From a virus, in the IMG/VR virus record IMGVR_UViG_3300005532_000002: DNA of 59,884 bases, one strand, 5' to 3'. Each line of letters begins with the position of its first letter. The first letter of the stretch is position 1. The translations under genes were made by a program, and so were the position numbers. The notes under the pieces were generated by a model, which saw only the letters and a list, made by a program, of their open reading frames with translations, searched no databases and had not been told where the DNA came from. This document shows positions 44,305 through 52,271 of the stretch, one piece after another.

Positions 44305-45200
44305 GACCGATTCTCTTGACGTTTTGCGCGGCGGGTTTCCCACCCCTTTCGCGCGCGATCATTGAGTTGTTCTAATGTTTGTGACGCAATTGAACGGAGG
44401 GCGCGGGCGCTCCGTTCTTCTGGGGTTAATTTTTCCCAACTGGCTCGGGTTCGGGCGCTGCGCTCTTCTGAGGTCGCGGATGCATCACGGGAGCGGCGAA
44501 TACGGGCGCTCCGTTCTTCCGGAGATAATCTTGCCCAACCGGCGCGGGCGCGAGCGCTCCGTTCTTCTGGTGTCCAAGGCATTTGAGCAGCGCGGGCGCG
44601 GGCGCTGCGCTCTTCTCGCGTAAATTTGGCCTGTCCCTTTTTTCCGTTGGCGATACGTTGTTCCGGCGGAATACTTAATGAGGCTTTGAGGGCATTGACT
44701 CTGCGCTCTTCCGGGGATTTTTTTGCCCACATCATACGTCTGCGAGCGTTACGCTCTTCCGGCGGTATGGCTGCTTCGCGAGCGCGAGCGATAGCACTGC
44801 GCTCTTCCGGGGTTCGTGATGCATTTGCGCGCCTGGCGCGGGCGCTAAATTGTTCCGGAGTAAGACCCGGAACCCCATCGCCGCCGTCCGTCATGTTGCA
44901 TAACGGTCCATTAGGATAACGGCCAATGGCTTTGATAAATGCCATCTCAATCGAGAACGCTTCTTCTTCCAAAAGATTTTCCAGAATCTTGATTTTGGGA
45001 ATTTCGCCAAGCATGCTCCACGTCTTCTCAATGAAACAAGATTTCAGGATGTTTATGGAAGCGGCTTCTCGTTCATGCCGCAACCAACGATCACCCGTTC
45101 CCTTTCCGATATATCGGGGAATACCAAGCCAATCGAAAAGCACATAGATATAAAACCGCCGGGCACTGGCGTGTGTCTTCTGTATTGCGAGCGGTCTCAC
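44301..45200 (-). CDS. GIY-YIG homing-type endonuclease with ten 16-aa NUMOD3-like repeats
   Basis: FYIYVLFD..RYIGKGTGDRWLRH..EEEAFSIEMAFI, then tandem tPEERSARaRa repeats. GTG in a GTGA overlap. Low-GC N-terminal part. Confidence 0.8.
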   Translation of the reverse strand: MRPLAIQKTHASARRFYIYVLFDWLGIPRYIGKGTGDRWLRHEREAASINILKSCFIEKTWSMLGEIPKIKILENLLEEEAFSIEMAFIKAIGRYPNGPLCNMTDGGDGVPGLTPEQFSARARRANASRTPEERSAIARAREAAIPPEERNARRRMMWAKKSPEERRVNALKASLSIPPEQRIANGKKGQAKFTREERSARARAAQMPWTPEERSARARAGWARLSPEERSARIRRSRDASATSEERSARTRASWEKLTPEERSARALRSIASQTLEQLNDRARKGWETRRAKRQENRS

Positions 45201-45484
45201 CGCGACCTCAGCCAGAACGGACCGCCGCAAAGCCGATGATAGGCTTCGCGCGTCACGGCGAGCGGATCGGGCGGCGGTGGATCCGCCTTGTTGTTGGGAC
45301 AGTTGAGTGTGCCGCCGCCATCCCTCAGACCGAGAGGATGCGAGGCGTAGCACGGGCAGGGATCGTCGGGGGCGGCATAATAGGGCTTGCCGGCGCGCCG
45401 ATAGCAGACGGCATGCGCGAGGATGCGCCGCCGCTCGACAGCAATGGCGTCGTAGTTTTCGACGATCGGGACGCTGTTGGACAT
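45197..45484 (-). CDS. Hypothetical Cys-containing protein
   Basis: Internal ATG (aa 45) of ORF 45197..45616. Confidence 0.5.
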   Translation of the reverse strand: MSNSVPIVENYDAIAVERRRILAHAVCYRRAGKPYYAAPDDPCPCYASHPLGLRDGGGTLNCPNNKADPPPPDPLAVTREAYHRLCGGPFWLRSR

Positions 45485-45591
45485 TACCAACCCTCCCAAT
45501 CCGAGGGCGGCGGCGCGAACACGATGGCGAGCAACGCAGCCGCCGCGACGATCAGAATTCCGGTGACGACGCCGGCGGCAAAGACGATCAT
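45484..45591 (-). CDS. 35-aa single-TM peptide
   Basis: MIVFAAGVVTGILIVAAAALLAIVFAPPPSDWEGW. ATGA and TAATG overlaps with both neighbours. Too short for the ORF track. Confidence 0.35.
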   Translation of the reverse strand: MIVFAAGVVTGILIVAAAALLAIVFAPPPSDWEGW

Positions 45592-45770
45592 GCGGCCTCT
45601 CCGACGCATGGCACATGGCTTCCGACAGCGAAGCGCGGCATATCCGAATTTTTACGCATGGCTCGCGGCGGGTTTTCCGATGGAGACGCGGACGAAATGG
45701 CGATTTCCCGCGGCTTTGTTGCGGCGGAGATATGCAGATATGCGCACAAATTTCGGGAAATTGGTTCCAT
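45588..45770 (-). CDS. Hypothetical small protein
   Basis: Internal ATG of ORF 45588..45875. Its stop overlaps the next ATG. Confidence 0.25.
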   Translation of the reverse strand: MEPISRNLCAYLHISAATKPREIAISSASPSENPPRAMRKNSDMPRFAVGSHVPCVGEAA

Positions 45771-45778
45771 ATCCGGAC

Positions 45779-45964
45779 CTATTGACGCATACGTGCATAA
45801 CACCGCCGCGGCGAGGGCGGCGACCGTGGCGGCGCGCACGCCCCAGGTGGCGAGTCGCGCCCGCTGTCGTGGCAACCATCCGAGCGGGTCAAAAAGGCGA
45901 TGAGCAACAGCGCCTCGACGACGAAGCCGAGACCGAGGATGAGGGCGGCGTAGGGGTCGATCAT
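45779..45964 (-). CDS. Small N-terminal-TM protein
   Basis: MIDPYAALILGLGFVVEALLLIAFL. ATGA overlap with the VRR-NUC stop. Confidence 0.35.
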   Translation of the reverse strand: MIDPYAALILGLGFVVEALLLIAFLTRSDGCHDSGRDSPPGACAPPRSPPSPRRCYARMRQ

Positions 45965-46350
45965 GCGGCGGCTCCAGAGTGCGGTATGGAATTGGCCGGC
46001 CTTACGGCCAGGCGCAGCGGAATTCGCCACTCCTGCAACTTGGCGATAGCCTCGTCGAGCGAGCGCACGACGGCGACCATGCCGCCGGCCCGCGCAAGGC
46101 GGTCGAACATGGCGCGCTGGGCCGGCGACAGCTCGCCGCGCGCGGATTTCAGCTCCAGGCCGTAATAGCGGCAGCGGTAGACGATCTGGATATCGGGCCA
46201 GCCGGCCTTCAGGCCGGCGCCGTTGAGAATGGCGCCGCGCACGCGGCCGCCGCCGCCCGCCGGGAAGGTCGTCCACACCGCGGGCTCGCACAGAGCCGCG
46301 TCGAGGAGTTGCGCAATCGCGCGCTGCAACTGCAGTTCGTCGCGCCTCAT
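45961..46350 (-). CDS. VRR-NUC domain nuclease
   Basis: Internal ATG (aa 43). ELQLQRAIAQLL..GLKAGWPDIQIV..GLELKSARGELSPAQ. Confidence 0.7.
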   Translation of the reverse strand: MRRDELQLQRAIAQLLDAALCEPAVWTTFPAGGGGRVRGAILNGAGLKAGWPDIQIVYRCRYYGLELKSARGELSPAQRAMFDRLARAGGMVAVVRSLDEAIAKLQEWRIPLRLAVRPANSIPHSGAAA

Positions 46351-46577
46351 CGCAGCGTCCCGGCGGGGTGATCGGCCGGCCCCGCGCCCTCCGGCCGATC
46401 TGCGGGGCGACCGGGCCGAGGAGCGCCCGCGCGGGCCGCATGCTGTTGCCGCTTGTGCTCGACCCACACCGTCCAAGAGCGGAAGCTGTCGACCTCCGGA
46501 TCGTATCCGTCATCATCGGGGTCCCCGCGGGATCCCCATGGACCCTTGGGATCCCGCGGGGCTGGGGCGATCGTCAT
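46347..46577 (-). CDS. Hypothetical protein carrying the palindromic GGGATCCCGCGGGG pair and the left 28-bp inverted repeat
   Basis: Internal ATG (aa 51), ATGA overlaps on both sides. Confidence 0.5.
   Translation of the reverse strand: MTIAPAPRDPKGPWGSRGDPDDDGYDPEVDSFRSWTVWVEHKRQQHAARAGAPRPGRPADRPEGAGPADHPAGTLR
46507..46534. repeat. Left arm of the 28-bp perfect inverted repeat
   Basis: ccgtcatcatcggggtccccgcgggatc is the reverse complement of 47947-47974. Confidence 0.85.
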
Positions 46578-47152
46578 GCCGCCCTCGCCGGGCGCTGCGG
46601 CAGCGCGTCGGGCGCGCGCCACACGATCGCATGGTGTGCGGCGCAATAGGATGAGCCCGGCGCGCACGGCTTGCCGCAGTACATGTCGGGGCGCAGCGGC
46701 AGCGGCGCGCCGACGATCCAGCGGCAACCCGCCGCCGGGATCGCGGCGATGAGCGCGCCCGGCCGCGGCGGCGGGGCGTGGTCGCGCAGGCCTCGCCGAT
46801 CGATGCGGCCGATCACCATATTCTTGGTGATTCGCACGCCATAAATATCGCTCAGACGCGCGGCGATCCGAGCGGTGGACAGCCCCGTTTCAAGAAGATC
46901 TTTGATCTCCTCGTCGCCGATCCGCCGCCACGGTGACGCAGAGGGCAATCCGCCCCGCAGCCGCCGCAGCCCCAACACCGTGTAGCCGATGTGCTGGGTG
47001 CGGAAGGGCGAGACGCCGAGCCGGCGCGCGATCGCCGCGTAATCGAGCCCGGCGGCGACGCCGTCGCGCACCGCCGCAATCTCCGCCGCGGTGCAGCGGC
47101 GCCACGGGCGTTTACCATTGCTCTTCGCTGTGCTATCGATGGTCCCTGTCAT
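46574..47152 (-). CDS. GcrA-like cell-cycle regulator homolog with a duplicated N-terminal HTH
   Basis: ITKNMVIGRIDRRGL and CRWIVGAP..YCGKPC..YCAAHHAIVW match GcrA signatures. An extra HTH-like segment lies upstream. Confidence 0.7.
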   Translation of the reverse strand: MTGTIDSTAKSNGKRPWRRCTAAEIAAVRDGVAAGLDYAAIARRLGVSPFRTQHIGYTVLGLRRLRGGLPSASPWRRIGDEEIKDLLETGLSTARIAARLSDIYGVRITKNMVIGRIDRRGLRDHAPPPRPGALIAAIPAAGCRWIVGAPLPLRPDMYCGKPCAPGSSYCAAHHAIVWRAPDALPQRPARAA

Positions 47153-47576
47153 TTGCAGTTTCCCACCTTTCGCGCCGCGGCCCGTCCGCGGCGTTCTTTT
47201 TCACTGCGCCCACCGGGCGAGGCGGCGGCCGATCCGGCGCAGCCACGGGCGGCGTTTTGAGAATTTCGAGACTATCCACACCAGATTGCGCAGCCCCCGC
47301 CGCCACACCGTCCCCATCGCGTCTCACTCTTTCAAGGGCGCGCCGGAGGGGCGCCCGCTCTTCCTGTTCTTGCCGGTCGAACTCCGCTATGGCGGCCTCG
47401 AGCAGTTCGCGCGTGCCTTGTTCCGAGCAGTGCACATTGAGCCAGTGCTTGATCGTCGGCGCCGGGCGCCCGGTGAGGATCTGCAGGCGCTTGACGGCAT
47501 GGCTCTTGAACACGAGGCGCACGATTTCGCGCACGCTCAGCTCGCGCTCATCCTTCCTGGGTGAAGACAACTCCAT
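47133..47576 (-). CDS. Hypothetical HTH-like protein
   Basis: Internal ATG (aa 114) of ORF 47133..47915. The start is uncertain because the frame stays open to 47915. Confidence 0.4.
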   Translation of the reverse strand: MELSSPRKDERELSVREIVRLVFKSHAVKRLQILTGRPAPTIKHWLNVHCSEQGTRELLEAAIAEFDRQEQEERAPLRRALERVRRDGDGVAAGAAQSGVDSLEILKTPPVAAPDRPPPRPVGAVKKNAADGPRRERWETANDRDHR

Positions 47577-47946
47577 TTCTCCCCGCCATCTATGAGCCGA
47601 TGGCGGAGCGACGACAGAGACGGCTGAGAGAGCGCGTTCGCGAGTCATCCCGCGGCGCAGTGACGATGCGCCGGAAGGATGGGCGCCCGGGGCCCGGCTT
47701 GAGCGGTCAAAGCCCCGGGCGCTTTCGGCCAGCCCCCCGGCGTGGCCGAAATGGGAATCCTCGTCGAGAGCGTGCTGGTCGCCCTGCCCGGCCCACGCCA
47801 GCGCTCGCCCGACGGCCATGCCGAGCGGCAGCGAGGCGGTGCACCACGCCGACAGGGCGAGCAGCGCCGTGTTCATGCGGCGGCTCGCCCAGCCCCGCGG
47901 GAGGGGGCACCCCACACGATTTTCAATCGCGTGGGGACCTCTCTCC

Positions 47947-47974
47947 GATCCCGCGGGGACCCCGATGATGACGG
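47947..47974. repeat. Right arm of the 28-bp perfect inverted repeat
   Basis: gatcccgcggggaccccgatgatgacgg, in an ORF-poor gap. Confidence 0.8.
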
Positions 47975-48231
47975 TTTCAATCCGCGCCCCCGCACTGGGG
48001 GCGACGCTCGCGATGACGGAAGCGGCCCACAGGGCGTGTTCAGCGCGCCTGTGGGCCGCGTTCCCGGCCGCCGTTCAAAGCGCCTCTCCGGAGGGACGCG
48101 GGAGGCGGCGGATGACAGCGTTAACCGGCATGTCCATGGACGCGAGCGGAGCCCGGCATCACAACTCACGCTGTCTGTCGGGACGCCGCCGCGCGCCCCA
48201 TGGGGGGGGTGCCCCGCCCGGTTCGTATTCG

Positions 48232-48444
48232 TCATTGGATCCACCGCGGCACTGCGCTGTTGGACGCGCTCTCTTCGGCGCGCGGCCTGTCGAGCGAGGC
48301 GAGGCAGGCGCAACCTTCCGCGGCCAGCGCGCGCCATTCCTCGGCGAGGTGGCGCCAGAAGCGCACGCGGCGACGCTGATGCCAGGCGGCAACACCGGCG
48401 ACGAGCGCGGCGAGCCACGGCGCGAGGAGGAAGGCGGTTGTCAT
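48232..48444 (-). CDS. Small N-terminal-TM protein
   Basis: Internal ATG (aa 36) in an ATGA overlap. MTTAFLLAPWLAALVAGVAAW. Confidence 0.45.
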   Translation of the reverse strand: MTTAFLLAPWLAALVAGVAAWHQRRRVRFWRHLAEEWRALAAEGCACLASLDRPRAEESASNSAVPRWIQ

Positions 48445-48653
48445 GGAGGGGGCGCCTTCCGCGCCGCCGCCAGCATCTCGGCGGCGGCATCCATGGCACT
48501 GTCCGGATCGCGCAACGGCCCGCGCACGCGCTTGCCGACGAACGCCCACCAGGCCGGCGGCGTATTTGGAAAGGTGTCGATGAAGCGCACCTCGGCGCCC
48601 TTGGTGCGGTAGAGATTTGGTGAGACGCCGTGCCAGGAGATGCGCGCGCTCAT
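48441..48653 (-). CDS. Hypothetical protein
   Basis: ORF 48441..48653, coupled to its neighbours. Confidence 0.5.
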   Translation of the reverse strand: MSARISWHGVSPNLYRTKGAEVRFIDTFPNTPPAWWAFVGKRVRGPLRDPDSAMDAAAEMLAAARKAPPP

Positions 48654-48880
48654 GCCGCGGAATCTCCGGGATCGTCTTGCGGAAGAGCCGTCATGCGCCG
48701 CAGCGGGATCACCGCCGCCGGGCGCGGGTCGGGCTCTTCACCGAAATGTCTGACCGCGGCGCGCGCGCACGGCCGGCAAATGCCGATGCTCGGCGTGTGT
48801 CGGCTCGCGAACAGCCCGCCGCGCGCCAGCGTGTACGCCGCCGGGTCCTCGCAAAAGGCGCAACGGCAGTCGCCGATCAT
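48650..48880 (-). CDS. Small zinc-finger-like protein
   Basis: CRCAFC..CRPC. Confidence 0.5.
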   Translation of the reverse strand: MIGDCRCAFCEDPAAYTLARGGLFASRHTPSIGICRPCARAAVRHFGEEPDPRPAAVIPLRRMTALPQDDPGDSAA

Positions 48881-49029
48881 GCGGCGCCCCCATCCTCTCC
48901 CGGTCCGGTCAGCACCGCGAGCGCGTCGGCAAAGAGCTCCTGCCGCCGGGTCAGCGCGCGCACGCGCAAGAAGAGGTAGACGATTGCCGCGGCATCAAGC
49001 GCGGCCAGGATCAGCGCTGCAAGGATCAT
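48877..49029 (-). CDS. 50-aa single-TM protein
   Basis: Internal ATG (aa 22). MILAALILAALDAAAIVYLFL. Confidence 0.4.
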   Translation of the reverse strand: MILAALILAALDAAAIVYLFLRVRALTRRQELFADALAVLTGPGEDGGAA

Positions 49030-49274
49030 GCCGCCTTCTCCTCGGCCGGCGGCCGTTCGACACCTTCTGGCCATTCGAGACCATGCGGCCAATTGGCGGA
49101 GAACCAGCGCATGATCCGGTTGTAGCGGCCGATCGTAATACCGCCGCCGCGCGCGACGTGATCGAGCGTCTTGCCGTCGTTGGCGGCAAGGGTCGAAACC
49201 CGCGCTCGGCCACGTTTGGTCGCGGCGCCGTAGCGATCGGCGACAATCAGGAGTGCTTCGGCGTCATATCTCAT
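49026..49274 (-). CDS. First gene of the leftward early operon (Cro position)
   Basis: ATG at 49274 lies 9 nt after a CATAAT -10 box. Divergent from the repressor gene. Confidence 0.5.
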   Translation of the reverse strand: MRYDAEALLIVADRYGAATKRGRARVSTLAANDGKTLDHVARGGGITIGRYNRIMRWFSANWPHGLEWPEGVERPPAEEKAA

Positions 49275-49363
49275 GTCCCGCACATTATGCGGGATAAATC
49301 CCGCAATCGTCAACGGGAAACATACCGAATGATTCGGCAGGAATGCTGCGGTAAATTAACCTC
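49275..49363. promoter_or_regulatory. Immunity switch: divergent promoters and operator palindromes
   Basis: Minus strand: TTGACG (49313-49308), 18 nt, CATAAT (49289-49284). Plus strand: TAAATT 49352-49357. Palindromes cccgca-N5-tgcggg 49277-49293, gcgggataaatcccgc 49289-49304, ccgaat-g-attcgg 49325-49337. Confidence 0.55.
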
Positions 49364-49831
49364 GTGATGACGCGAAATGAATTGCTCCGCCGCATCGATG
49401 CGGCCAAGGCCAAGAAGGGATGGTCGGATCGGCGGGCTTCGAACGAAGCCGGGCTCGGCCCGGACTTTATCCGCGATCTGCGGCGCCATCCGCTCTCCAA
49501 GATCGCGGTCCACAAGTTGGTGGCGCTGGCGCGCGCGCTCGATTTGCCGACCGCCTATCTGATCGAGGAAAACGCCGACCTGCTGACGCGCGATCGCCCG
49601 GAATCGCTCGATCCCGACCGGCTGCGCCGCGCCACGCTGGCGGCCGAACGCGCCGTCCGCGACGTGAGCGAGGACAGACGCGAGATCGTGAAAGCCGATC
49701 TGATCTATGAAATCTATGAGGTATTGAGCGAGCGCGCCCGCGCCGGCGAGGAACCGGACGACGAGCAGGCGCTCGGCCTGATCGATGCGCTGATCCGGCG
49801 CATGGTGCTCAGCCGGGTAAATCCCCGCTGA
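49364..49831 (+). CDS. XRE-family HTH repressor (CI-like), no S24 peptidase motif seen
   Basis: RRIDAAKAKKGWSDRRASNEAGLGPDFIRDLRR..KLVALARALDLPTAYL. GTG at 49364, ATG at 49367. Confidence 0.7.
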   Translation: MMTRNELLRRIDAAKAKKGWSDRRASNEAGLGPDFIRDLRRHPLSKIAVHKLVALARALDLPTAYLIEENADLLTRDRPESLDPDRLRRATLAAERAVRDVSEDRREIVKADLIYEIYEVLSERARAGEEPDDEQALGLIDALIRRMVLSRVNPR

Positions 49832-50149
49832 CCCATCCCCAACGCCAAGCGGCACAAAAGAAAGACCGGCGTCAGCGCCGCCTCGCTCCCGTGGCGTAAG
49901 AGGCCGGATGCTGTTTTCCGCGCGGGTGGCGGCGTCGGCGCCCCCCATTTCGCGACAAAACGCGCATAATCTTGATATTGGGGCAGTTCTCGTACGACGA
50001 GAACTAATAGCCTATGCTCAGCTTCCGTTAGCAATGTTCGTGTCCTGATAGGTTTTATGAGCATATATCAACCAATGATTTTGCGAAGGGGCGATCGTTT
50101 GGAAGACGTGTAAAATCAGCGAATGCGGGATTCGCCCCGCTGATTCCGA

Positions 50150-50178
50150 TTGACGCGGTATTTTAACCGCGGTATATT
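50150..50178 (+). promoter_or_regulatory. Strong sigma70-like promoter of the rightward operon
   Basis: TTGACG, 17 nt, TATATT. GGGAGGA SD then GTG at 50209. Confidence 0.6.
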
Positions 50179-50208
50179 TCCCCCATCAATCGCCGATGGG
50201 AGGAAACG

Positions 50209-50469
50209 GTGTCCCCCGCACAGCATCTCACGGAAGCCTCTCTGAGCCTTTGGCGCGCGGCCGAAGAGCCGCGCCTCGGGCTCGCCTACCGCGCCCATCT
50301 CAGCCATGCCGCCACGGCGCTGATGCGCGCCGGCGAGTGTCGTCTTGCCGTCCGGGTGCGCCGCATCCGCGACGGCCGCGGCGCCGCTTTCTGCGGCATC
50401 TGGGCTTTGCGGGAGGCCGTCAAGGCGCGCGCCGCCGAATTTGCGGCCAGTGAGTGGAGGGCGGCATGA
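50209..50469 (+). CDS. Hypothetical protein, first gene of the rightward operon
   Basis: GTG with GGAGG 5 nt upstream. Confidence 0.55.
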   Translation: MSPAQHLTEASLSLWRAAEEPRLGLAYRAHLSHAATALMRAGECRLAVRVRRIRDGRGAAFCGIWALREAVKARAAEFAASEWRAA

Positions 50470-50720
50470 GCACCGCCCTCGAACGCAACGCTCCGGCCCC
50501 CGGCGCGAGCTGGGAACCGCCCGAGGAGTACGGCTCCGGCATCCTGCCGCTCGCCGCCGAGGTCTATGTCGAGCGGGCGCTCGAACACGCCGCGGCGGAA
50601 CTGCGCGGGCTGATCGCGCTCTATCCGAATCACCACGCCCTGGCGCTCAGGTGTCGTCGTCTCTACGACACCCTCGACGCGATCGCCGAGGAGCTGCAGG
50701 TACGGAGGCCGCGGCGATGA
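50466..50720 (+). CDS. Hypothetical protein
   Basis: ATG (aa 5 of ORF 50454..50720) in an ATGA overlap. Confidence 0.5.
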   Translation: MSTALERNAPAPGASWEPPEEYGSGILPLAAEVYVERALEHAAAELRGLIALYPNHHALALRCRRLYDTLDAIAEELQVRRPRR

Positions 50721-50968
50721 CCGCGCCCGATCATCTGCGGCTCGTGCCGCGCTTCCCCGAGCCGCGCTGCTGCGTCGGCTGCGAGTTCCGGGGCCACTGC
50801 CCGCCGGATCTGTGCATCGCCGCCGCGATCCGCGCCGGGCTTGCCGCGAGCGAGCGGCATTGGTGGCCGCGGCTGCAGCATGCGCTCGACTGCGCCGCCG
50901 CCTTCGCGGGCGGCCTCGGGCTCGCTTGGGCGTCGGTCGTGCTGCTGCGGTTCTGGGGGCTGTTGTGA
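50717..50968 (+). CDS. Cys-rich protein with C-terminal TM
   Basis: Internal ATG (aa 125 of ORF 50345..50968) in an ATGA overlap. CCVGCEFRGHC. Confidence 0.45.
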   Translation: MTAPDHLRLVPRFPEPRCCVGCEFRGHCPPDLCIAAAIRAGLAASERHWWPRLQHALDCAAAFAGGLGLAWASVVLLRFWGLL

Positions 50969-51468
50969 CCGATCTCACCGCCGTCGTCCAAGCGCACCGC
51001 ACACTCGCCGCCCAGATCCGCGAGGCGTTCCCGGAGGAGGACGAGGTGGCCCTCGCCGACAGCATCGACGCCGCGACTGAGCTTGACGCCGCAATCCTCG
51101 CTGTGCTGCGTGCCGCGCTGGAGCGTGAGGCGATGGCCGAGGCGCTCGGCGGCATGATCAAGCAGATGAGCGAGCGCAAGCGGCGGCTCGAAGAGGGCGC
51201 CGCCGGCATGCGTGCCGCCTGTCTGCAGGCCATGCTCAATGTCGGCTGGAAGCGGCTGCCGGCGGCGGCGCCAGATCTTACCGTCACGGTCGGCAATGGG
51301 CGACCGAAGGTGATCGTCACCGACGAAGCAGCATTGCCCTGCGATCTCGTCGAGATCGTCGCCAAGCCGAACAAGAAGGCGATCGCCGCGGCGCTGGCGG
51401 CCGGGCGGGGGGTGCCCGGCGCGGTCCTCGGCAATGCCGAACCCCATTTGATCGTATCGAGGAGGTAG
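50965..51468 (+). CDS. Siphovirus Gp157-like protein
   Basis: GTGA overlap. C-terminus LTVTVGNGRPKVIVTDEAALP..KPNKKAIAAALAAGRGVPGAVL. Precedes ERF. Confidence 0.55.
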   Translation: MTDLTAVVQAHRTLAAQIREAFPEEDEVALADSIDAATELDAAILAVLRAALEREAMAEALGGMIKQMSERKRRLEEGAAGMRAACLQAMLNVGWKRLPAAAPDLTVTVGNGRPKVIVTDEAALPCDLVEIVAKPNKKAIAAALAAGRGVPGAVLGNAEPHLIVSRR

Positions 51469-51470
51469 AG

Positions 51471-52271
51471 GTGGATATGGACGCTATGCCGTCCTGCTGC
51501 GCGGTCATGCAGAGCGCCGAGATCGGCGAACTCGCCGCGGCGCTGGCGAAGGCGATGGGCGAGGTGCAGAACCCGGCGCGAGATCGCACCGTCACGATCC
51601 CCGGACGACCAAACTACTCTTACGCCACTCTGAACGCGGTGTTCGACGCGATCCGCCGGCCGCTCGCCGCCAATGGCCTCTGGCCGTCGCAAGGACTGAT
51701 CGAACGTGGCGGCAAGACCTGTCTGCGCACGGTCCTGCTGCACTCGTCGGGCCAATGGATCGCCAGCGAGGCACCGCTGCTGCCACAGGGTCAGGGCAGC
51801 CAAGCTTTCGGGTCGGCCCTCACTTACATGCGCCGCTATGCACTGTGTGCGCTGCTCGGCGTCGTCGCCGACGAGGACGACGATGCGAACGCGGCCGACG
51901 ACAATGCGGCCAAGACCGCGCCGCGGGCGCTGCGCGCCGCCAAGGCCGCCCCCGCGCCACCGGCGTCGCCTGCCAAAGCGGGCGCCGCGCCCGCCGTGTC
52001 GCCCGGCCGTCCGCAACTTCTTGCGCTCGCCAAAGAGCGCGCTAGGGAATTCGGTTTCGACGCGTTTAAATCGTGGTGGTGGGAGATCGACGAGAAGGAT
52101 CGCGCGGCGCTGAAACCGCACGAAGCCGAGCTGGCGAAGATCGCCAGAGAGGCCGATGCGGCGGGCGCCAAAAAGGCTAAGCCGCCGCCCCATCCGGATG
52201 AGAGCGCCAAGCTCGACAGCGAGCCCGACTTTGTCGGCGAGGACGACGCCGAGCGGGTGCTGGCACCGTGA
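51471..52271 (+). CDS. erf: ERF-family single-strand annealing protein
   Basis: YSYATLNAVFDAIRRPLAANGL..GSALTYMRRYALCALLGVVADEDDDAN. Confidence 0.75.
   Translation: MDMDAMPSCCAVMQSAEIGELAAALAKAMGEVQNPARDRTVTIPGRPNYSYATLNAVFDAIRRPLAANGLWPSQGLIERGGKTCLRTVLLHSSGQWIASEAPLLPQGQGSQAFGSALTYMRRYALCALLGVVADEDDDANAADDNAAKTAPRALRAAKAAPAPPASPAKAGAAPAVSPGRPQLLALAKERAREFGFDAFKSWWWEIDEKDRAALKPHEAELAKIAREADAAGAKKAKPPPHPDESAKLDSEPDFVGEDDAERVLAP

Noticed and set aside
46507-47974. The 28-bp inverted repeats as ends of an IS or MITE.
   Set aside because: There is no transposase between them and no target-site duplication in the flanks (cgtat versus tttca). The left arm lies inside a coding frame. It is kept as a finding under other interpretations.
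49714-50064. 116-aa minus-strand ORF convergent with the repressor gene.
   Set aside because: It has no SD, its C-terminal half is antisense to the repressor gene, and it is partly created by the palindrome-rich spacer. A short peptide cannot be excluded.
50286-52193. 635-aa minus-strand ORF.
   Set aside because: It is antisense to the Gp157-like and ERF genes and has low-complexity composition.
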